The notes under the pieces: generated by a model | What the model saw: the letters and a program-made list of their open reading frames with translations, nothing else | What the model was told of the DNA's origin: nothing | The model's database searches: none | Part shown: positions 62,904 to 64,000 of the stretch, piece after piece | Numbering within the stretch: position 1 is the first letter of the stretch | Layout: every line of letters begins with the position of its first letter | DNA from: Squalus acanthias | Taxonomy: Eukaryota | Length of the DNA: 64,000 nt | NCBI GenBank assembly: GCA_030390025.1 | Contig: CM059431.1 | Span: forward strand, 141,300,001 to 141,364,000 | Reading direction: 5' to 3' | Position numbers and translations under genes: made by a program

Positions 62904-64000
62904 GTAGGTTGGATTACACGAGTCCTATGTTAAAACTAATTTTTTGTTAAGGTTCAATCGAACAGAAAGCTCATTTTGAGTCAAGGGTAAAGTATCAAAT
63001 AGTGCTTATGAAAGAGATTAAAATGGAAAGGAAATTCGAGCCTGGTCGAATTTGGACGCTCCCTGCAAGGAGGGCAATTTTCACTTTGGGAAATGCTGTA
63101 AATTGGGTGTTCGCCAATTGGTCACCCATTAAACGCCATGCCCGATTTATTTAATTTAGGCGCACAACTGCTCCATTCCCCAAATACCTCCAACATGCCC
63201 AGCATTTACCAACCAAGACAGCTGGTTGGCAGTCAACTGCTGGATCCTTCCCCATGTGTCTAACTGGCGCCAGCAAATGCTCGGATTAACTCCAGAGCGA
63301 TTGGCCCACTTGTCTTTCCTCAGCTTCTCTTGAAATCTTAGCAGAAGCTTCATTGGAGGTTGCATTCAGCTTCGATGGAATAATGTAGGGTGCTGAAAAT
63401 CAGACATGTGTAATCGAGCTGTGGAGCAAATACCCGCAATAAAAGATCGAGGAAACTCTGCTGCAAGCGTGTAACGCTATACCTGAATTTCCTCACTGTT
63501 TTTGCTTGTCTGTCAATCCATGCCCTCAAACTTATCTCGGCACATTATAATAGGTCGGCCTCCAGGCTTAAGAGTCATAAACGCGCGAATTTCCAGCAAT
63601 TGTTCTGGTCAACTGAATTGTATAATTAAGCCCAGAATTTTAGCGGCAGCATTAATTAATGGCACGGATTTTGCAGTCAGCGGCTAAGGAATGTTGCTTG
63701 TCATTCACCTCGCTGACAGCTGACGACGACGATTTGACGGGCTTCAGAGTGGAGACTTGCTCTAATCCAGAGTCTGATCCAGCATGGTGCCCTCTACGGG
63801 GGATCTGTGGCATCTGTGAAACAGCGAGTCTGTTCAATCGATCAAATTGGAGAATCCGCACTGAGGCACGCAGAGTGCAAACCAGGATGTATAAAGCAGG
63901 AAAAGTAAATTAGATTTAAATGATTGCCAAAAGCAAAATAAAGACTGGGAAATACAGATGGGATTAAGGGAGAGAGATGAAAGTAACAGATGGGCAAAAT

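Overview
Eukaryotic (vertebrate) genomic DNA, most likely a cartilaginous fish (shark/ray), judged from its repeat families and a GPR139-like receptor remnant. Bases 1-18180 are a 22-bp C-rich satellite with kb-scale higher-order repeats. Most of the rest is layered CR1-type LINE fragments and tRNA-headed Deu-domain SINEs. Around 28.0-45.7 kb is a 4-copy tandem segmental duplication whose units each carry a 42-bp minisatellite grown from a LINE 3' end. Next come a 146-bp insertion with a 13-bp TSD and a minimal hammerhead-ribozyme core (Penelope-like) and a GPR139-like GPCR pseudogene. A two-gene PIF/Harbinger transposon (HARBI1-type transposase plus convergent spliced Myb/SANT gene) follows, split by a near full-length CR1. 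Near the right end are two spliced coding exons missed by the ORF track; they resemble the N-terminus of elasmobranch NACHT-LRR (NLR) immune receptors, with candidate upstream 5'-UTR exons and a promoter. Most ORFs in the supplied track are TE fragments or repeat artefacts. Family assignments come from motif recognition only; no database search was run.
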